The translations under genes were made by a program, and so were the position numbers. A DNA stretch of 24,000 bases, taken from Desulfatibacillaceae bacterium. Lineage in GTDB: Bacteria; Desulfobacterota; Desulfobacteria; Desulfobacterales; Desulfatibacillaceae. Shown one piece after another: positions 19,592 through 24,000 of the stretch. The notes under the pieces are model-generated. The model saw only the letters and a list, made by a program, of their open reading frames with translations, made no database searches and was not told where the DNA came from. The DNA lies in contig JBKHBM010000003.1 of the NCBI GenBank assembly GCA_046542385.1, forward strand, positions 59,896 to 83,895, read 5' to 3'. The first letter of the stretch is position 1. Every line of letters starts with the position of its first letter.

Positions 19592-21763
19592 ATGCTGGAC
19601 TTTCTGACGAAAAACAGCATGGTGGTGCTGGAACGGCGCTACCTGAAAAAGGACGACAACGGCAATCCCGTGGAGACCCCGGAGGAGATGTTCCGCCGGG
19701 TTGCCCGGGCCGTTGCCGAGGGTGATCTCGTTTTTGACAAAAACGCCGGTGTCGACGCCCTGGAACGGGAATTCTTCGAGGTCATGGGCAAGGGCTGGTT
19801 TCTGCCCAACTCGCCCACGCTCATGAACGCGGGCCGGCGCCTGGGACAGCTGTCCGCCTGCTTCGTCCTGCCCGTGGAGGACTCCATAGAGAGCATTTTC
19901 GACACCCTCAAGCACACCGCCATGATCCACAAGAGCGGCGGCGGCACCGGGTTTTCCTTTTCCCGGGTCCGGCCGGAAAACGACAAGGTGCTGTCCACGG
20001 CCGGCGTGTCCTCGGGCCCCATCTCCTTCATGCAGGTGTTCGACACGGCCACGGAAACCGTCAAGCAGGGGGGGGCGCGCCGGGGGGCCAACATGGGCAT
20101 CCTCCAGGTGGACCATCCGGACATCATGAAGTTCATCTGTGCCAAGGACGATCCCACGGTATTGAACAACTTCAACATCTCCGTGGGGCTTACCGGCGAT
20201 TTCATGGACGCGCTGGCCGCCAACGGGGACGTCAACCTGATCAACCCGCGCACCGCGGAACCCGTGGACTCCGTTCCGGCGCGCGCCGTGTTCGACCGGC
20301 TGGTGCAGGCGGCATGGAAATCCGGCGAACCGGGCGTGATCTTCCTGGACAGGATGAACGAGGCCAACCCCACGCCTGAGCTGGGCCGCATCGAGGCCAC
20401 GAACCCCTGCGGCGAACAGCCGCTGCTTCCCTACGAGTCCTGCACCCTGGGTTCCGTCAACCTGCACAGGATGGTGGAGGACGGGGACATCGCCTGGGAC
20501 CGGCTGCGGGACACCGTGCACACGGCCGTGCATTTCCTGGACAACGTGATCGAGATCAACCGCTACGCCCTGGCCGAAATCGAGGAGATGACCAAAAAGA
20601 CCCGGAAGGTCGGCCTGGGCATCATGGGATACGCGGACATGCTCATCGAACTGGGCCTGACCTACGACACCGAGGAGGCGGTGGAGCTCGCCGAAAAGGT
20701 CATGGGGTTCATCCAGGCGGAATCAAAGGCCGCCTCAGCGAAGCTGGCCATAACCCGCGGCAACTTCCCGGCGTACACAGGCAGCGTGTACGACAACGAA
20801 GACACCCCGCACATGCGAAACGCCACCACCACCACGGTGGCGCCCACCGGCACCATAAGCATCATCGCCGGCACGAGCTCCGGCATCGAGCCCGTTTTCG
20901 CCGTGGCCTATACCCGGCGCGTGCTGGAGGGGGACAGGCTGGCGGAGATGCATCCCGTTTTCGAGCGCATGGCAAGGGAGATGGGTTTCCACTCCGAAGA
21001 CCTTGCCGAGCGCATCATCGAAAAGGGGAGCGTGCAGCAGGTGGCGGACGTACCCGTGGAGGTGCGCCGCCTGTTCAAGACCAGCCACGACATGGACCCC
21101 CTGTGGCACGTACGGGTGCAGGCCGCCTTCCAGAAGTACACGGACAACGCGGTTTCCAAGACCGTGAACTTTCCGGCCGGCGCCACCGCCGAGGACGTGG
21201 AGACGGCCTTTGTCCTGGCTCACGAAAGCGGGTGCAAGGGCATCACCGTGTACCGCTACGGAAGCCGCGAGCACCAGGTCCTGTCCTATGGAAAGGAAAC
21301 CGAGGCCGCGCAGACGATTCTGCCTCGCAGCCGGCCCCTGCAGACCACGGGCGTGACCGAGCGGATGAAAACCGGATGCGGCAACCTCTACGTCACGGTG
21401 AACCAGGACGACATGGGCATCTGCGAGGTGTTCGCCCAGATGGGAAAGACAGGGGGATGCGCGTCCTCCCAGACCGAGGCCACGGGTCGGCTCATCTCCC
21501 TGGCGCTTCGCTCGGGTGTCAAACCCGAGGCCATCGTAAAACAGATTGTGGGCATCCGGTGCCCTTCCCCGGCATGGCAGAACAGCAAAATGGTGCTGTC
21601 CTGCCCGGACGCCGTGGCCCAGGTGCTGCAACGGTGCGCGGACATGCGGGAGGGAAGCTCCCAGTCCGGCGTGGCGGGCATGTGCCCGGATTGCGGAGAT
21701 CCCCTGCGCCACGCCGAAGGCTGCCTTTCGTGCCGCGCCTGCGGCTACTCCAAGTGCTCGTAA
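19592..21763 (+). CDS. nrdJ: Class II (adenosylcobalamin-dependent) ribonucleotide reductase
   Basis: 723 aa. Motifs: VLERRYL, SACFVLPVEDS, SGGGTGFSFSRVRP and the active-site TNPCGEQPLLPYESCTLGS. The C-terminal Cys-rich tail is CPDCG...CLSCRACGYSKC. Confidence 0.93.
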   Translation: MLDFLTKNSMVVLERRYLKKDDNGNPVETPEEMFRRVARAVAEGDLVFDKNAGVDALEREFFEVMGKGWFLPNSPTLMNAGRRLGQLSACFVLPVEDSIESIFDTLKHTAMIHKSGGGTGFSFSRVRPENDKVLSTAGVSSGPISFMQVFDTATETVKQGGARRGANMGILQVDHPDIMKFICAKDDPTVLNNFNISVGLTGDFMDALAANGDVNLINPRTAEPVDSVPARAVFDRLVQAAWKSGEPGVIFLDRMNEANPTPELGRIEATNPCGEQPLLPYESCTLGSVNLHRMVEDGDIAWDRLRDTVHTAVHFLDNVIEINRYALAEIEEMTKKTRKVGLGIMGYADMLIELGLTYDTEEAVELAEKVMGFIQAESKAASAKLAITRGNFPAYTGSVYDNEDTPHMRNATTTTVAPTGTISIIAGTSSGIEPVFAVAYTRRVLEGDRLAEMHPVFERMAREMGFHSEDLAERIIEKGSVQQVADVPVEVRRLFKTSHDMDPLWHVRVQAAFQKYTDNAVSKTVNFPAGATAEDVETAFVLAHESGCKGITVYRYGSREHQVLSYGKETEAAQTILPRSRPLQTTGVTERMKTGCGNLYVTVNQDDMGICEVFAQMGKTGGCASSQTEATGRLISLALRSGVKPEAIVKQIVGIRCPSPAWQNSKMVLSCPDAVAQVLQRCADMREGSSQSGVAGMCPDCGDPLRHAEGCLSCRACGYSKCS

Positions 21764-21815
21764 GAGGCTGCGACTCTGCTGCGGGGCAATGGAAATGCCC
21801 TCAACGTTTGGGTAG

Positions 21816-21852
21816 GTTGGGTCAAGGGCGCGCATGCGCGACCGGACCCAAC
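21816..21852. repeat. Nested palindrome/hairpin GTTGGGTC..CGCGCATGCGCG..GACCCAAC downstream of nrdJ
   Basis: Outer 8 bp arms are at 21816-21823 and 21845-21852. The inner perfect 12 bp palindrome is at 21829-21840. No U-tract follows. Confidence 0.5.
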
Positions 21853-21882
21853 AAACAAAACGAGCGAAGCGAGACCCCATTC

Positions 21883-21913
21883 CGTCTCCCCGGCGAAAGC
21901 CGGGGTCCAGGTG
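21883..21913 (-). repeat. Short palindromic intergenic element of the 'PAFAGMT/FRGNDG-type' class (CCCCGGC-GAAA-GCCGGGG hairpin)
   Basis: The hairpin is at 21888-21905. The reverse complement CACCTGGACCCCGGCTTTCGCCGGGGAGACG is similar to 22061-22090. Spurious ORFs across it read LDPGFRRGDG. Confidence 0.55.
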
Positions 21914-22060
21914 AATGGAATAATTTGAAATCTTGGAATTCCCAGCTTGCATTGCGTGGCCGGGCCACCCGTGGACAAACGCCGGAGGGCCGCAAGGCCC
22001 GGTGGCATGACATGAAGAATGCAGGCGCCGACGGAATGACACGGACGGTGGCTGAAAGTA

Positions 22061-22090
22061 CACGGGTCCCCGCTTTCGCGGGGATGACGA
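22061..22090 (+). repeat. Second, inverted copy of the short palindromic element (CCCCGC-TTTC-GCGGGG hairpin)
   Basis: CACGGGTCCCCGCTTTCGCGGGGATGACG. The hairpin is at 22068-22083. Spurious translation reads VPAFAGMT. Confidence 0.55.
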
Positions 22091-22213
22091 AAAACTTTTT
22101 CCAGGCTTTTGAAGCACGGAGGCCCGACACAACACCGGGGCACTCGCGGACCATGGCATGACCTCCCGAGACTGCAGTGGCGCCATAACATTCCCCCAAC
22201 AAGCGAGAATCAC

Positions 22214-23473
22214 ATGCCGGAAACAAGCGACAAGGAAATGACCCCCGCCGACATTCTGGGCAGCCCCATGCACCTGCCGTGCGGCGCCACCCTCAAGAAC
22301 CGGTTGATGAAGTCCGCCACCAGCGAGAATCTTTCGGATGATTCACACGCGCCCACACCCGGGCTGGCCACCGTGTATGAACGGCTGGCCAAAGGCGGTG
22401 CGGGTCTTCTGGTCACGGGCAACGTGATGGTGGTCCGGGACTGCCTGGGCGAGCCCAACAACGTGGTGGTGGAGGACGAACGCGACCTGCCGGCGTTGAG
22501 CGCCTGGGCATATGCGGCAACCACCAATGGCGCGGACATATGGGCGCAGATCAACCATCCAGGCAAACAGTCGCCAAAGGGCCTGTCCAGGGCGCCTGCC
22601 GCGCCGTCCGCCATCCCGTTTTCGCCGCCCATGGACAGGTTCTTCAACACCCCGCGCGCCATGTCCGGCGAGGAGATCGAGGACCTGGTCTTCCGCTTCG
22701 GCAACGCGGCCGGCATCATGAAAAAGGCCGGATTCACGGGAGTGCAGATCCACGGCGCTCACGGGTACCTCGCCAGCCAGTTTCTGTCTCCAAGGCACAA
22801 CCAGCGCGCGGACAAGTGGGGCGGCAGCCTGGAAAACCGCATGCGATTCCTGCTGGAGGTGTATCGGTCGATGCGCAAGGCGGTGGGGCCGGATTTCCCG
22901 GTGGGCGTGAAGCTCAACTCCGGTGACTTCAAGAAGGAGGGCTTCACCGAGGACGAATCCGCCGACGTGTGCAAGGTGCTGGACGCCGAGGGAGTGGACC
23001 TCCTGGAGATTTCCGGCGGCTCGTACGAGAGCCCGGCAATGACCGGCAGGATGTCACGGGGGACGCGCGATCGGGAGGCGTACTTTCTGGCCTTTGCCCG
23101 GACGATTCGCAAGGAGGTCGCCTGCCCCCTGGCCGTTACCGGCGGATTCCGCACGGCGGAGGGCATGGCGGAGGCCGTGGCCAGCGGCGACGTGGACGTG
23201 GTGGGTCTGGCCCGGCCACTGGTGCTGGACCCGGAGCTTCCCAACAAGGTGCTTGCCGGCAGGGAGTACGAGAGCACGGTCAAGCCCGTGAAGACCGGGG
23301 TCAGGGCCATCGACCGCTTTGCCATCCTGGAGGTTTCCTACTACGAGTTGCAGCTGGCCCGCATGGCAAAGGGCAGGGACCCGGACCCGGACATGGGCGC
23401 GTGGTCCGCGCTGATACGGACCATGCTTCGCACCGGGTTCGACGTGTTTCGTCCCAGGAGGGCGAGGGGGTAG
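22214..23473 (+). CDS. NADH:flavin oxidoreductase of the Old Yellow Enzyme / 2,4-dienoyl-CoA-reductase-like family (TIM-barrel FMN domain only)
   Basis: ATG 22214 inside track ORF 22109-23473. Motifs: LKNRLMKSATSE, QINHPGKQ, VQIHGAHGYLASQFLSPRHNQRADKWGGSLENRMRF and VDVVGLARPLVLDPELP. Confidence 0.88.
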   Translation: MPETSDKEMTPADILGSPMHLPCGATLKNRLMKSATSENLSDDSHAPTPGLATVYERLAKGGAGLLVTGNVMVVRDCLGEPNNVVVEDERDLPALSAWAYAATTNGADIWAQINHPGKQSPKGLSRAPAAPSAIPFSPPMDRFFNTPRAMSGEEIEDLVFRFGNAAGIMKKAGFTGVQIHGAHGYLASQFLSPRHNQRADKWGGSLENRMRFLLEVYRSMRKAVGPDFPVGVKLNSGDFKKEGFTEDESADVCKVLDAEGVDLLEISGGSYESPAMTGRMSRGTRDREAYFLAFARTIRKEVACPLAVTGGFRTAEGMAEAVASGDVDVVGLARPLVLDPELPNKVLAGREYESTVKPVKTGVRAIDRFAILEVSYYELQLARMAKGRDPDPDMGAWSALIRTMLRTGFDVFRPRRARG

Positions 23474-23609
23474 GCGCAAGCCGCGTAGGTCAGCGCCGGA
23501 ACGTATGTCCTCGTAGAGTGAATCATCCCAAACCGGATATGGCCCGCCCCCCGCTGTTGTGATACATTGCCGCGCGAAGTGAACGTATTACCGACATGAC
23601 GGGGGATCA

Positions 23610-24000
23610 GTGTCAAACCAATCATCCAGACTGGGCGGGTTTCTTTCCCGCTGGGTGGACGGGGTGCGGCGCCATGCATGGCTGGTGGTGGCGCTGTCCG
23701 TCCTGCTCTCGGCGTGCGCCGTATGGTATACGGCGGCCAACCTCGGGATCAGCACGGACACCAAGGACATGCTGGACCCCGAACTGCATTTCCGCAGGGT
23801 GTACACCGACTACATAAAGACCTTCCCGTTTTTCGACGACACGCTGCTGGTGGTGGTGGACGGCGACACGCCGGGCCTTTCCCGGGACGCGGCGAAAAAG
23901 CTGCAAGCCGCACTGTCGGCCCGGCAGGACCTGTTCTCCGACGTGTTCCTCGCCACGGGCGGGGATTTCCTGGACCGGCAGGGGCTGTTGTTTCTGTCCA
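23610..24000 (+). CDS. RND/MMPL-superfamily exporter, HpnN-like; N-terminal part, continues beyond the window end
   Basis: The frame opens after TGA 23580-23582, and the first start is GTG 23610. It reads SNQSSRLGGFLSRWVDGVRRHAWLVVALSVLLSACAVWYTAANLGISTDTKDMLDPELHFRRVYTDYIKTFPFFDDTLLVVVDGDTP...GLLFLS. This is the typical N-terminus (TM1 plus first periplasmic loop) of HpnN/MMPL transporters. No stop occurs in the window, so it is absent from the track. Confidence 0.7.
   Translation, partial: MSNQSSRLGGFLSRWVDGVRRHAWLVVALSVLLSACAVWYTAANLGISTDTKDMLDPELHFRRVYTDYIKTFPFFDDTLLVVVDGDTPGLSRDAAKKLQAALSARQDLFSDVFLATGGDFLDRQGLLFLS

Noticed and set aside
18698-22273. Minus-strand ORFs 18698-20533 (611 aa) and 20735-22273 (512 aa)
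   Set aside because: They are antisense shadows of the LysR and nrdJ genes and of the repeat-rich spacer. The second one reads through the palindromic elements, giving the known spurious peptides (…RKRGP…, …GFRRGDG…).
1-24000. tRNA, rRNA, CRISPR arrays, transposase or integrase genes
   Set aside because: I saw no cloverleaf-compatible T-arm/anticodon arrangement, no rRNA-like conserved blocks, no regularly spaced direct repeats (the only tandem repeat is 2 x 15 bp), and no ORF with DDE, tyrosine- or serine-recombinase motifs.

Overview
High-GC (roughly 65% by eye) bacterial chromosome, gene content typical of a sulfate-reducing Desulfovibrionaceae-like deltaproteobacterium. I can support 20 protein-coding genes, no rRNA, tRNA or CRISPR, and two families of intergenic repeats. 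The main feature is a same-strand cluster at 13.1-15.9 kb. It runs: sigma54-driven small ORF, ArsR/SmtB regulator with a palindromic operator, hgcA (corrinoid membrane protein with the NVWCAAGKG cap-helix motif), hgcB (2[4Fe-4S] ferredoxin ending in Cys-Cys), then a small AhpD/CMD-like gene. That last gene is read through an in-frame TGA sitting exactly at the second position of its CxxC redox motif, so it is a probable selenoprotein. hgcAB is the mercury-methylation system, known since 2013; generic annotation would only call it 'CdhD-like protein + ferredoxin'. A PduO-type cobalamin adenosyltransferase converges on the cluster, and a B12-dependent class II ribonucleotide reductase (nrdJ) lies 3.7 kb further on. 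The other genes are a multidomain secreted S1 protease, a membrane protein with tandem cNMP-binding domains translationally coupled to a leaderless pseudopilin-like protein, a 1389-aa double-activase fusion, an MCP, a HAD-IB hydrolase, rsmD, coaD, a LysR regulator, an OYE flavin oxidoreductase, and partial TM2 and RND/MMPL genes at the two window edges. A ~140-150 bp MITE-like element with terminal inverted repeats occurs as two inverted copies bracketing a two-gene cassette, with fragments after hgcB and after the HAD gene. Many long ORFs in the track are antisense shadows caused by the high GC content and were rejected. All homology statements come from reading motifs by eye; no searches were run.
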